A stretch of DNA of 64,000 bases from Scyliorhinus canicula (Eukaryota), in NCBI RefSeq assembly GCF_902713615.1, contig NC_052146.1:85143982-85207981 (forward strand). Reading direction: 5' to 3'. The notes beneath the pieces were generated by a model that saw only the letters and a list, made by a program, of their open reading frames with translations, did not search any database and was not told the origin of the DNA. Below, in pieces: positions 23,395-36,007 of the stretch. The translations under genes and the position numbers were made by a program. Position 1 is the first letter of the stretch; each line of letters starts with the position of its first letter.

Positions 23395-24590
23395 TTTTTG
23401 ATCATATTAATTCAAGGAATGTGAGTGTCACAGGCAATTGAGGCCAGCATTTATTGCCCGTCCCTATTTTCCTTTGAAAAGTCGGTGGTGAGCTGCCTTC
23501 TTAAACCGCTGCAGTTAGTTATGTAGATACACCCACTGTACTTTTCGGGAAGGAGTTCCAGGATTTATTCTCCGCTCCCGATAAAAATCGGGATGGCCGT
23601 CATGAAATCGGCCGAGGTTCACGATGGCCTCGGGGCCCGCTCCCCGCACCTAATTCACCCCCACCTGGGGGGCTAGGAGCGGGCCCCCGTCGTTCCCGGC
23701 CGCGACCTCGTCACGCCGGAAATGACGTGGAAACAGCGCTTTTCTGATGTCATCCGCGCATGCACGGGTTGCCGGTTCCAACCCACGCATGCACGGATGA
23801 CATCAGCGCGCAGACGGCACGAACCCGCGCATGCGTAGTGCCGTCTTTCTCCACCGCCGCCCGGCAAGACGTGGCGGCTTGATCTTGCCGGGCGGCGGAG
23901 GGGAAAGTGTGCGTCCGTGTTGGACGCTGGCCCGATGATCGGTGGGCACCGATCATGGGCCTGTCCCCTCCAGAGCACATTCGTGGTGCTCCCGTCCAAA
24001 TCGGGCCCCCAGATGCCCCAAACAGGCATCTGGCGCCCGTTTCACGAATGCAGTGACCAGATGTGGTTGCTGCCGTGGTGAAACGGGCGTGAAGGGCCAG
24101 CCGCTCGGCCCATCGGGCTCGGAGAATCGCCGTTCACCGTGAAAAACGCCGAGCGGCGATTTTTCCGAGTCGGGGGGGGGGAGAATCGCTGGGGGCGCCA
24201 GGGGGGCGTAAAAAATGTCGGGAGGCCCTCCCACGATTCTCCCACGCCACGTGGGGAGCGGAGAATTCCGCCCAGTGAAGGTACGGCAATATATTTTCAA
24301 CTCAGAATGGTCTGTGGATTGGAGGGGAACTTGCAAGTGGTGGTGTTCCATGCAGCTGATGCCTTTGTCCTTCTAGCTGGAAGCAGTCGCAGGCCTGGGA
24401 GGTGCTGTCAAAGGGGCCATAGTGAGTTGTTGCAGTGTATCTTGTATATGGTACATGATGTTGCCACTGTGTATCTGTGGTGGAGGGAGCGAATGGTGAA
24501 GGGTGAGGTGTTAATATAGTGGGTTGCTTTTCCCTGGATGGTGTTGAGTCTCTTGGATGCTGTTAGAGCCGCAGTCAGCCAGGCAATTTG
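23395..24590 (-). mobile_element. CR1/L2-like LINE 3' portion interrupted by a MITE
   Basis: Colinear with 41715-42420 and the reverse complement of 690-985. Confidence 0.8.
23561..24273. mobile_element. GC/CpG-rich MITE (~710 bp)
   Basis: ATTCTCCGCTCCC left end pairs with GGGAGCGGAGAAT right end; splits the host LINE; CpG-rich. Confidence 0.8.
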
Positions 24591-24924
24591 TCCAGTCAGG
24601 AATTAGATCTCGCCCTCATTTTGCGCATATGTACTTGTGACACTTGCCTTCCCTTTCCCATTCATGTAGACATCACGTACAGAATTTGGACTGTTGTGAC
24701 AATGCCATGGCTCATTGACCCCACCTGTTCCAATCTTAAGTCACAACTTTAAATAAGTACAGGCAAGGGTGACAAAACCATTGGAGATTCTGGGCGTGAT
24801 TAACTAAAAGGAAATAAAGTCCCGTAGTGAGCGTGTTTACTGCGTGTTTCCCAGCACCCGCAGCGCCGAGAAACACATGGCTATAAAAAGCCACACGCTT
24901 TAAATTGGGGGCCTAGCGGGGAAA

Positions 24925-25424
24925 AAGAACAAAGAATAATACAGCACAGGAACAGGCCCTTCGGCCCTCCAAGTCTGTGCCGACCATGTAACTGCCTAAA
25001 CTAAAACCATATGCACTTATGTAGTCCATATCCTTCCATTCCCACCCTATTCATATCTTTGTCCAGATGCCCCTTAAATGTCGCTATCGTACCTGCTCCC
25101 ACCACCTCCCCAGGCAGCGTGTTCAATATATTTACCACCCTCTGTGTAAAAAACTTGCCTCGTACAGCTGTTCTAAACTTTTCCCCATGCACTTTAAACC
25201 TATGTCCCCTAGTACTTGGAAAGAGCATCTGACTATCCACTCTGTCCATGCTACTAATAATCTTGTAGACCTCTATCAGGTCGCCTCTCAACCTCTGTCA
25301 TTCCAGTGAGAACAGACTGTGTTTATCTAACCTCTCCTCATAGCTAATGCCCTCCATACCAGGCAACATCCAAGTGAACCATTTCTATACCCACTGCAAA
25401 GCATCCACATCCTTATGGTTGTGT

Positions 25425-25456
<32 letters not shown>

Positions 25457-26190
25457 AGGCCTAACTAAGGTCCTGTACAACTGCAACATGACTTGCCAAT
25501 TTTTATATTCAATGCCCCGACCGATGAAGGCCAGCATTCCGCATGCCTTCTTGACCACCTTATCCACATGCATTGCACTTTCAGTGACCGGAGGACATGC
25601 ACGCCCAGATCTCTCTGCCTGTCAGTACTCGCAAGAGTTCTATTATTTATTGTGTAATTCCTTCATGCAATGGATCTTTTAAAGTGCATTACCTCACACT
25701 TGTCAGGATTAAAGTCCATCTGCCATTTCTCCGCCCAATACTCCAACCAGTTTATATCCTGCTGCATCCTCTGACAATCCTTTTCACTATCCGCAACTCC
25801 ACCAATTTTTGTGACATCTGCAAATTTACTAATCAGACCAGTTACATTTTCTTCCAAATCATTTATGTATACCACGAAAAACAAAGGCCCCAGAACTGAT
25901 CCCTGTGGAATGCCGTTAGTCACAGCCTTCCATTCAGAAAAGCACCCTTCTACTGCTACCCTCTGTCTTCTGTACCCAAGCCAGTTCTGTATTCAACTTG
26001 CCAACTCTCCTCTGATCCCATGTGACTTCACCTTTTGTACCAGTCTACCATGAGGTACCTAGTCAAAGGCTTTACTAAAGTCCATGTATACAACATCTAC
26101 TGTCTTTCCCTCATCTGTCATTATTGTCACTTCCTTGAGGAACTCAATCAGATTAGTGAGGCACGACCGCCCCTTCACAAATCCATGCTG
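24925..26190 (-). mobile_element. CR1 (HER1-like) LINE 3' 1.3 kb
   Basis: GIPQGSVLGPLFFVVYINDL..SKFAD.TKIGG, LVRPHLEYCVQFWSP, RGDLIEVYKI; tail TTCTTTGTTCTTT. Confidence 0.93.
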
Positions 26191-26199
26191 TGCACCACT

Positions 26200-26710
26200 A
26201 ATGCATGGCCAAGGCTGCATAAAGCCCAGTTTTGTGCACTTTGGAACTCCGCTCGCTGGAAATCCTCAGTGCCGTGAGAGATTGGGATGCCATTTTTAAG
26301 TGGCATCCCAACTATAAGGCCCCCAATGTGACCACCCACCCCCCCCCCCCCCCAAACACCCTCACAGGGCAACACCAGTCCAATCGCCACCACAGAGAAA
26401 ATAGCAGCTTGGCACCACCAACCTGGCACCCTGGCATTCCCCTGCCAGCTGGCAGTGCCACCTGAGCACCTTGGTAGTGACAGGCTGGCACCCAAGTGGC
26501 ACTTCCAGGGTGCCCAGGTGGCGGCAGCAATGCCAGGGTCCAAAAGGACATGCACCTAGGGGCCTCCAATCCAATGGGAGACCCCCATGGGTGCCATTCC
26601 ATCTAGTCTCAGTTTGTAGAGCCCAGTGCTGAATGGTGCTTACCCGAGGTCTCCAAGGCAAGGGAGATTGATCCCATGCCTTGGGTACCTCAGGAATATG
26701 CACATTAAAG
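26200..26710. mobile_element. GC-rich MITE internal fragment
   Basis: Colinear with 50890-51345. Confidence 0.6.
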
Positions 26711-27010
26711 TGGATGTTGAATTCTTTCGCCAGCATACTAGCGAACATATCCACTTTATCAGGGAGGCCGCCATCAGTGACGCAGCCGCCGCCATTTTCT
26801 CCATGGAGGAGCTGCACAATGCCTCCAAATCAGTCGACAAATTCCCTTCTGTGGGTTGCTGACTGCCTTTTTTTGGCATTGGAATGGCACCTGTATATTC
26901 AACTAAAAATGTCTTCTTTTGCAAAAGTTTCTCCAAAGACCCGGTCAAAAAGGACTTTAAAACGAGGATCCTGGTGGGAGTTGCCTCATGTGCGTCCTCT
27001 CCTCACATGC
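26711..27010 (-). mobile_element. Probable L1/Tx1 5'UTR and ORF1 N-terminal fragment
   Basis: GGACGCACAT..CTCC leader then MPKKGSQ..EKMAAA; resembles layout at 9000-9218. Confidence 0.45.
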
Positions 27011-27265
27011 CACTATCCTAAAGCCACATATCAAAGTTGATCAGCGGTATAGGTGGAAGGGTAATATTACAAAGCTGTATTACTAGATTAAGTGATTGGG
27101 CAAAACTGTGGCAACTGGATTTCAATTGAGACAAATGTGAAGTCATCCACTTTTAGTGTAAAAAAAGACAGAGGGTACTTTCCAAATGGTGAAGACCTCG
27201 AAACAATGGCGGTCCACAGAGACTTGGAAGTATAGTTGCAGAGATCTTTAAAATGTCATGAACTA

Positions 27266-27483
27266 GGGCAGCACGGTGGCCTAGTGGTTAGCACAACCGC
27301 CTCACGGCGCTGAGGTCCCAGGTTCGATCCCGGCTCTGGGTCGTGTGGAGTTTGCATATTCTCCCCATGTCTGCGTGGGTTTCACCCCCACAACCCAAAA
27401 ATGTGCAGAGTAGGTGGATTGGCCACGCTAAATTGTCCCTTAATTGGAATAAATAATTGGGTAATCTAAATTTATATAAAAAT
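27266..27483 (+). mobile_element. SINE type B with 14-bp TSD
   Basis: TSD AAATGTCATGAACT (27251-27264, 27484-27497); A-rich tail. Confidence 0.93.
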
Positions 27484-27552
27484 AAATGTCATGAACTGCT
27501 GCAGAAAATAATCACAAAAGCTAATGCAATGCTGGCTTTACTATCCAGAAGA

Positions 27553-27751
27553 CTAATAATCTTTATTGTCACAAGTAGGCTTACATTAACACTGCAATGA
27601 AGTTACCGTGAAAAGCCCCTAGTCGCCACATTCCGGCACCTGTTCGGGTACACCGAGGGAGAATTCAGAATGTCCAATTCACCTAACAGCATGTCTTTTG
27701 GGACTTCTGGGAGGAAACCGGAGCACCCGGAGGAAACCCACGCAGACACGG
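27553..27751 (-). mobile_element. 5'-truncated SINE type D
   Basis: Matches 17558-17750. Confidence 0.88.
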
Positions 27752-30700
27752 GCTAGAATACAAGTATTAGAAAACATGCTACAGCTGTACAAAGTCCTGG
27801 TTAGCCCATAGCTGAAGTACTTCGAGGGTTCTGAGCGCAACACCTTAGAAAGAATTTATTGGAATTGGATGGAGTACAGATTTACCAGAATAATACAGTG
27901 ATTCCAAGAATTAATTGACGATCAAGGTTAGACAAACTGCAAATTGGTAGGTTTCTGTTCAGGGATATGAGAAAGGGGGGGGGGGGGGGTGTGCTGGTGA
28001 TTGCGGATTTATATGGAGTGAGATTGCAGATTAACCTTGATCTCATTGAATGGCAGAACAGGCTCGAGAGCTAAATGGCCCCCTCCCATTCCCATGTTCA
28101 CAAGTTTGCATGACTCTGGTGCATTAACATAGCACACCAGGATCAGATTCAGTCGGAAATAAACCCCAGGAGTGTGTGAAATGCCAGTTACTCAGCAGCA
28201 GTCAATTGCAAAGCAAACATAATTCTTTGATCCCACAAGCAGCAATGACAGAGGTGAGTAGTTAATCAGTTTTTAATGTTCTTTGCCGAAGAATCACTTT
28301 GGCCAGGGTGTTGGGCCAGCTTCTTGTTCTCTTTTGAGTATAGTTATCTTCAGTATCCATGTGAGAAAGAAGCTTATCTGATCTGGGTAGAATTTCTAAA
28401 GGTTTAATTATGATTATCGGTCTAGTTTTTGATTTTCGACGAAAAATGTTCCTTCAGTCAGAGTTACAAAATTAATGTACAAGATATCCTGCCACTGGAT
28501 TTAATTAGATGAATTATTCTGAATCCACGTAGAAAAATCGGACCATCCATCTTGGGAAAAACAATTATATTCAGTGCTGCTTGATGATGCCACATGTAAA
28601 GGTTTCGAGTCATTCCTTTTAGTAAAGGTTTTAAGGAGAAATATGCATCATCAGTGACATCTTTCACTTATTGAACACTTGTTGATTGAGGAAAAACACC
28701 TCATGGTTCTTCACAGAATGTAGACAAATCTGCGTCCTTTAGTTCTCAGTCTTTCTAAAACAAAAAGAAGAGGGAATGAATTCCAGGGCGTGGAAGCTGG
28801 AGAGCTCACGGCCACCATTAGTGAGAGGGTAAGGCAGTGAAGCAATGGAAAGTTCTGGGAGTTTGAGGGGCTGGTGGAGATTACGGAGAGAGGATAAAAA
28901 ACTATACCATAAAGGGAAGTGAACGTGGGGATGAAAATATATATATATTTTTTTACAAATTTAGAGGACGCAATTCATTTTTTGCAATTAAGGGGCAATT
29001 TAGCGTGGCTAGCCAAGAGGGCTCGTGTGTTCGCACATTGGAAAAGTTTAAAGGCAATGATGCAGGAGACACAGCAGAGGATGGTAGATCAGACTCGGCT
29101 GAGGAAGGGATGGGTAGGGCAGGTATTCCATTCGGGGCTAGATTCCAAAACAAGGGGGGTTGGTGATCTTGATTAACAAGCGGATGGCATTCGAAGTGAG
29201 AAGTATAGTAACGGACCCGGGGGACAGATAAGCTATGGTGAGCGGGAAGCTGGATGGGATGCCGGTGGTGCTGGTGAACATTCATGCGCCGAACTGGGAG
29301 TTCATGAGGTTGATATTGGGGAAGATCCCTGATCTGGACATGCATCGGCTGATTATGGGGGGGTACTTTAATACGGTTAATGATCCAAGACTGGATGGGA
29401 CGGGTTCGAGGACAGGGGGGTGTCGGCAGCTACGAAGGAACTAAAGGGATTTATGGAACATATAGGGTGGGTTGATCCGTGGAGGTTTGAGTGGCCGAAA
29501 GTGAAAGAGTACTCATTCTTTTCCCATGTGCACAATGTGTAATCCCGAATTGACTTTTTCGTTCTGGATAGGACATTGTGGCGGGGGTGGTGGACATTGA
29601 ATACGAGGCTATAGTGGTGTCAGATCATGCCCCTCACTGAGCACTCCACCGGAGATTAGATGTAGGGCTGTTAGCTGAGGAGGGGGTGTGTCAGTGGGTG
29701 AGGGAAGCCATTCGGAGGCACATGGAGATAAGTGATAAGGGAGAAGTTTTGGCGGCTACGGTATGGGAGGCATTGAAGGCAGTGGTGAGAGGGGAGTTTA
29801 TAGTGATACGGGCACACAGGGAGAAAACGCAGTGGGCGGAGATGGATAGGTTAGTGAGGGAAGTTCTCCAGGTGGACAGGAGGTACTTGCGGCACCAGAG
29901 GTGGGTTTGTCGAAGGAGCAGCAGAAGCTGTAGGTCGAATTTGGGTTGCTATCTACAGGGAAGGTGGTGGGGCAGTTGAGAAAGGCGAGGAGGGGCACTG
30001 TACAAATATGGGGAGAAGGCTAGTAGGATGCTAGCACACTAGCTGAGGAAACCGGAGGCGGCGAGGGAGATTGGGAATATGATCTCGGACCCAGTGGGGG
30101 TGAACGGTGGGTTTAGGGACTTCTATATGAGTCGGAAGCCCCAGCCAGGGTGGAGGGGATGAGGTGTTTTTTGGAGGGACTGGAGTTTCCAAGGGTGGAA
30201 GAAGAGCTGCTGGAGGAGCTAGGGGCCCTAATTGGGCTGGTGCAAGTGGTGGAGGGGCTGGAGGCGATGCAGTAGGGCAAGGCCCCGGGGACAGACGGGT
30301 ACCCAGTGGAGTTTTATAAAAGGTTTTCAGGAGTGCTGGGGCACCTGCTAGTAAGGGCGTTTAATGAGGCGAGGGAGTGAGGGGTACTCCCCGCAACGAT
30401 GTCACAGGCCTCGATTTTTCTCATGCTGAAGTGGGAAAAGTACCCAGAACAATGTGGGTCGTACAGACCAATGGCCCTTCTAAATGTAGATGCTAGCCAA
30501 GATCTTGACCTCAGAAATAGAGGATTGGTGATAGGGGAGGGCCAGACAGGGTTTGTGAAGGGGAGGCATTTAGCGACGAATGGTAGAAGGCTGTTAAATA
30601 TGATTATGATGCCCTCCGACGGAAGAGAGGTGGAGATGGTGGTCGCCATGGATGCAGTAAAGGCCTTTGATTGGGTGGAGTGGGAGTATTTGTGGGATGC

Positions 30701-30924
30701 CCAGGGGCGGTTTGGGCTTGGGCAGGGTTTGTGGTATGGGTCGGTTGCTGTACCAGGCACGGGTGAGCTCAGATTATTTTAGGCTGCACCAGGGCCGAGG
30801 CAGGGGTGTGCACTCTTCCCACTGTTGTTTACCTTGGCCGTAGAGCCATTGGCGATGTCATTGAGAGCATCGAAGAACTGGCAGGGGATAGTACGGGGCT
30901 GGTGGAGCTATATGCGGACGGCCT

Positions 30925-31149
30925 GTTTTTTAAAATAAATTTAGAGTACCCAATTCATTTTTTGCAATTAAGGGGCAATTTAGTGTGGCCAATCCACCTA
31001 CCCAGCACATTTTTGGGCTGTGGGGTGAAACCCACGCAAGCATGGGAGAATGTGCAAACTCCACACGGCCAGTGACCCTGGGTCGGGATCGAACCTAGGA
31101 CCTCGGCGCCGTGATGCAGCAGTGCTACCAGTGCGCCACCATGCTGCCC
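30925..31149 (-). mobile_element. SINE type B inserted at the L1 YADD region
   Basis: Full head ..GCTGCCC and T-rich tail; host reads TATGCGGACG..CTGCTTTTGTATATT across it. Confidence 0.88.
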
Positions 31150-31524
31150 TGCTTTTGTATATTTCTCACCTGTTGGGGGGGGGGGATTGGAGAGATTATG
31201 GAGATCCAAGGGGAATTCGGCCAGGGCTACCAATTGAATATGGGCAAAAGCGAGGCATTTGTGATTCAAGCAAGGGGACAAGAGATGAGTTTGGGGGAGA
31301 TGCCATTCAAGGTGGTGGGTGGGAGTTTTCGGTATTTGGGTATCCAGGTGCTCGGGAGTGGGAGCAACTATAAAAGCTGAATTTGGCTCGGTTGGTGGAA
31401 CAGATGAAAGGGGACATCAGAAGTTGGGATACGCTCCCGCTGTCACTGGCAGAGAGGGTGCAGACGGTAAAGATGACGATTCTCCCGAGGTTTTTGTTTG
31501 TATTTCACTGCCTGCCTATTTTAC

Positions 31525-31718
31525 AGGGGCTGGTTTAGCACAGGGCTAAAGAACTGGCTTTTAAAGCAGACCAAGGCAGGCCAGCAGCATGGTTCAATTC
31601 CTGTACCAGCCTCCCCGAACAGGCGCCAGAATATGGCAACTAGGGGCTTTTCACAGTAACTTCACTTGAAGCCTACTTGTGACAATAAGCGATTTTCATT
31701 TAATTTCCATTTCATTTT
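31525..31718 (+). mobile_element. SINE type C inserted in L1
   Basis: GGGGCTGGTTTAGC head, (CATTT) tail. Confidence 0.9.
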
Positions 31719-33909
31719 TATCCCTAAGGCTTTCTTTAAGAGAGTGAATCCGGTGATCTCTGGGTTTATGTGGGCAAGTAAATCCCTGTGAGTGAAGAAG
31801 GTGCTGTTGGAGTAGGGTCGATGGGATGGGGTGGAGGCGGCCTCATGTAGGTTCACAAGTTTAGGGGCACTGGTAACGGCACCTCTGCCATTCTCGCTGG
31901 CACAGTACTCCTCAAGCCTGGTGGTAGTGGCGGCCTTAAAGGTATGGAGATAGTGGTGGAAGCATACGGGAGTGGAGGGGGCATCGGTATGGTCACCTAT
32001 CTGTGGAAACCACCGATTTGCCCGGTGGGGGGCTTGATGGGGGGTTTTGGAGGTGGCAGCGAGCTGGGATCGAGCGGTTTGGGGACCTGTTTATCGATGG
32101 CAGCTTTCCGTGCTTGGAGGATTTGGAGGAAGAGTTTGAGTTACCCAGTGGGAATGTGTTCTGCGACCTGCAGGCGAGGGACTTTGTGCGGAGGCAGGTT
32201 TCGACCTTTCCGTGCCTGCCACCCCAGGGGATACAGGACAAGGTCGTGTCGAAAATGGGAGTGGGGGAGGGGAAGGTCTCGGAAATTTATAGAGCTCATG
32301 GAATGGGAGGGGGCTCGGATAGGGGAGGGGAAGTGAAAGTGGGAAGGAGAATTGGTCAGGGAATTAGAGGCAGGATTGTGGGAAGATGCCCTGAGTAAAG
32401 TCAACGGGTCCTCGTCGTTTGCCAGGCTTGGCCTGATACAGTTTAAGGTGGTCCACAGGGTGCCTATGAGCAGGTTCTTTGAAGGGGTGAAGAATAGGTG
32501 TGGGCGGTGTGCAGGAGGGCCTGAAAATCATGTCCACATGTTTTGGATATGTCGGAGGCACAAGTGATTTTGGTTGGGATTTGCTGATGTCAAGTCCAAG
32601 GTATTAAAGGAACGGGTGGTTCCGAGTCAAGAGATGAGGATTTTTGTCAGAAGACCCGGGAGTCCGGGGGGGGGGGGGGGGGGCGGGAGAGGCTGATGTC
32701 TTAGTCTTTGCCTCCAAGGTAGCCCAGGGACAGATCTTGTTGGCGTGGAGAGACGCTGAGCCCCCAAAAACGGGGGTATGGGTTGGTGGCATGGCCGGGT
32801 TTCTCAAGCTCGAAAAGATCAAGTTCGCCCTGAGAGGATCGATGTTAGGGTTCGCCCGGAGGTGGCAGCCGTTTATTGACTTCTTTGGGAAAAATTAAGC
32901 TGTCAGCAGAAAGGGGGGAGGGGTAAAGAGATAGAGGGAGGCGTGTGGGGGGGTTGCTGTTTGAGGTGGAAAATAGTTAGTGGGAAAGGGGAACTGGGGA
33001 ACTGTGTATGCAAGCCACGTTGGCTGAATTTGGTTGTTGATTGATTGGGTGTTATTTGTTTTGTTGATTTTTCCTCTTGAAAATGGTTCAAATTTTATAT
33101 ATGCATAAATAAAATATTTTCAAAAAAATAAATAAATACTTGTTTGTGTAAGATCAAAGTTCCAGGACTGAGCTTTGCAGAGAGTTATTTCCTAGAATAG
33201 CTGTCTTAACCTCCCTCCATACGATCCATCCTACAGGTGGAAGTACAGATGGCAGAAGTTGAAAGAAGATTACTTGCTGAAGAAAGTCCTTCGTGTTTAA
33301 TGCACCTATCTCTCCTGAGAAAACAAATGGAGAAATTGCAGAAAGTAAGGAAAACATTATTTACTTTTTATTCTTTGTAGTATTCAACAAGATAATTATA
33401 CAGAGCATTGATTTTCTGGGTATTAGATGGTGAGCTACAAGCAGCTGAACAAATTACCAGTAGTGGGCTCAAAGAAACTGATTACATTTTCATTGAATAT
33501 AATTGTGGGTAATTAATTCTTAAAGGCGCATTGTTTCAAGCAATTTCTCTCTGCAAAAAAAAATAGGAATTTGGCGAGAAATGTATATGTCCACTGCTAA
33601 TGACAGTAAACCAGTCTGCTACATTGCTTTCAGTAAGACTAATTCTGATGAGATTCTGATGCGAGCGGTGACAGGTAGGGCATTTGACAAGGCAGACCAC
33701 AGTATTCCAATCCAATACTTATCTAATAGGAGGTACACATGTACACATAGCAAAGGTCTATTGGCTGTGATCAGGGGCAGGCTGACCATTCACCTCCCAG
33801 GGACACCCAATGCAGATTTTGTGGCCCCATTTTGGGATCACAGATTCAGCCACTGAGAGGTGAAGGTGGAAGCACCCCTTTCATTTCTGTCTCTGGCTAT
33901 TTTCAGCAG

Positions 33910-34097
33910 CCATGATGTGGCGATGCCGGCTTTGGACTGGGGTGAGCACAGTAAGAAGTCTTACAACACCAGGTTAAAGTCCAACAGGTTTGTTTCAAAC
34001 ACTAGCTTTCGGAGCACTGCTCCTTCCTCAGGTGCTCCGAAAGCTAGTGTTTGAAACAAAACTGTTGGACTTTAACCTGGTGTTGTAAGACTTCTTA
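33910..34097 (-). mobile_element. Fold-back Penelope-like pLTR mini-insertion, second copy
   Basis: Tail 33913-33950, arms 33951-34034 and ~34032-34098 (shorter); perfect 13-bp TSD CTATTTTCAGCAG (33897-33909, 34098-34110). Confidence 0.82.
34000..34034 (-). ncRNA. Minimal type I hammerhead ribozyme motif
   Basis: Reverse complement CACCUGAGGAAGGAGCAGUGCUCCGAAAGCUAGUG, identical to 8060-8094. Confidence 0.75.
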
Positions 34098-34912
34098 CTA
34101 TTTTCAGCAGAGCAGGAAAGATGGTGGATCAGGAAGCTGACTTACAGCTGGTTTGACGTTGCTCACACCATTCTGGAGGGGCTATTTCAGAACTTCTGTA
34201 ATTTGGAGCAAAGCGGGTGGTTGTTTTCCTGAATCTGACCTGTAGAAAGGAGGCAGGAACCAAGGATTGGTTAGATGAGTAAAACTGGTGTTGTCTCCTT
34301 TACAGTTCATCATAAAATGCTGTTAGTTGCGTTATATCTATGTTTTCTAATACATTATTATAGTACTGTGATTGGAATCCGGTAACATTGTTACTTTTCA
34401 TGATTAGCATGATGTCAAGTGAAAGAACAACACTTCAAAAGTGGAAAAGTTTTCAGATGCATTAGAAAACACTGTCCACTGGATAAAATGTTATGCTGCA
34501 TTGTACAATATTGAAATACTGATCCAGTGTGAGATCCAGAAAGTATTGTATAAGTTATCCCCATTGCTCTCATTCATTCTTCATTGAACAGCTTAGCTAT
34601 CTGTTTGGCTGTTTGAAAATTTTGATAGATACATGAGATTTTGCTTGCCTTCAAAGGCGCTAATTGATTCTGTACTGCAGAGTTTGTTTATACCACTCTC
34701 ATAGGGATTTGTAAGTTTGTTTCTTTTGATGGATTTATCAGTTTATGAAGAGAATAATAGTTTTTCAAACGCCTTTCAAGTATATTTACTTATTTTGACA
34801 GGTTTTTTACTTTTCAGTGACTTCCAAATGTTATTAGTGGGCTTGTGAGTTCTATTTATAAAGTGGATAATGGGTGACCAGCTGCAATTCAACTGTTAGT
34901 TCTGTGCACATC

Positions 34913-35292
34913 AAATAGAAATCCTATAGTGCAGAAGGAGGTCATTCGGCCCATTAAGTCTTCACCATTCCTCTGAAAGAGCTGCCTACCTAGGCCTACT
35001 ACCCACCCTATCCCCATATCCCCATAACCCCACCTAACCTATATATCTTTGGACTAAGGGGCAATTTGGCATGGCCAATCTACCTAACCTGCACATCTTT
35101 GGACTTGGGAGGAAACCGGAGCATCTGGAGGAAACCCACGCAGAGATGGGGAAAAATGCAAATTCCAGACAGACAGTCACCCAAGGACAGAACCTGGGTC
35201 CCTGGCACTGTGATACAATAGTGCTAACCCCCATGCTAGCGAGCCACTGCACTGTGAGGTAGCAGTGCAAACCACTGTGCCACTCTGGCACC
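34913..35292 (-). mobile_element. HE1-like V-SINE with duplicated head
   Basis: CR1-type tail, V-domain, two A-box segments (~35205-35240, ~35248-35292). Confidence 0.85.
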
Positions 35293-36007
35293 CATAGTCC
35301 AGATATTCCAGGTTTCCAATTGAAAAGTTGGTATATTCTTTCTTCTTGTTTCTTTGTTTATTTTGTTGGGTCAGTGGATCCATCCATTTGTTGAGTAGAT
35401 ACTCCAAGCACCCAATGAAGCAGATGGATCATGGAGGGTCAGCACCTTTGTCATTGGGGCTTCCACACTTCAGGTGGGCAGTAGCTAACTAGTGGAACAT
35501 GCTAGTCCCTCCACCATGGAAGACAGTCTAGCACCCATTCTCTATTCTAATCCAGTTAGGTCTATCACTCATAACTGCTGTTTCTGAACACTCTGCAGTG
35601 AAATTGGAGTGTCCTCTTCAGGGTGCAAGCCTTGGAAAAATATATAGATATCCTGGGCTATTCAAACATCAGGATCCCCATCTCTACATCCATGGTTGAG
35701 TTCAAAGCAGTACAAAGCAATATGCTGAGCAGCAGCCTGGTAGCAGAAGTTCGGGAAAGATGACATATTTAGACAGTGTTAAGGATGCCTGGCCAGCCCT
35801 CAACAACGGCTAAGATACTGAACCAGACGCGTAACATTTTAAAGTTTTAAGGCTGTGAAGAAAGATTGATTCATTCCGGGAGTGATAATATAAGAAATGG
35901 GTTTACGGTATTTTATAAATAATCTTTATGACAAGAAAAGGAAACAATATTTAAACTTTTTCTTTACATGCAGTTTCTTAACCTTAACACACAAGTTTGC
36001 ATTAAAC

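Larger units (their letters stand above)
27050..28098 (+). mobile_element. Old CR1 3' remnant with two SINE insertions
   Basis: RLSDWAKLWQLDFN..KCEVIHF, LQLYKVLVSP; tail GGCTCGAG..AAATGGCC..ATTCCCATGTTC. Confidence 0.8.
29013..33137 (+). mobile_element. Near-complete but heavily frameshifted L1/Tx1 ORF2 with 3'UTR and poly(A)
   Basis: KRARVFAH, QET, VNIHAPN, MGGYFN, SDHAP (EN); GKAPGTDG, GQTGFVKGR, DAVKAFDWVEW, RQGC, YAD (RT); HMFW.C, EKIKFALRGS; AATAAA and A-rich end. Confidence 0.92.

Noticed and set aside
26362-26948. Host exon (QLLHGENGGGCV.. or MPKKGSQ..)
   Set aside because: Frames run from a probable L1 5' fragment into MITE sequence; no splice structure
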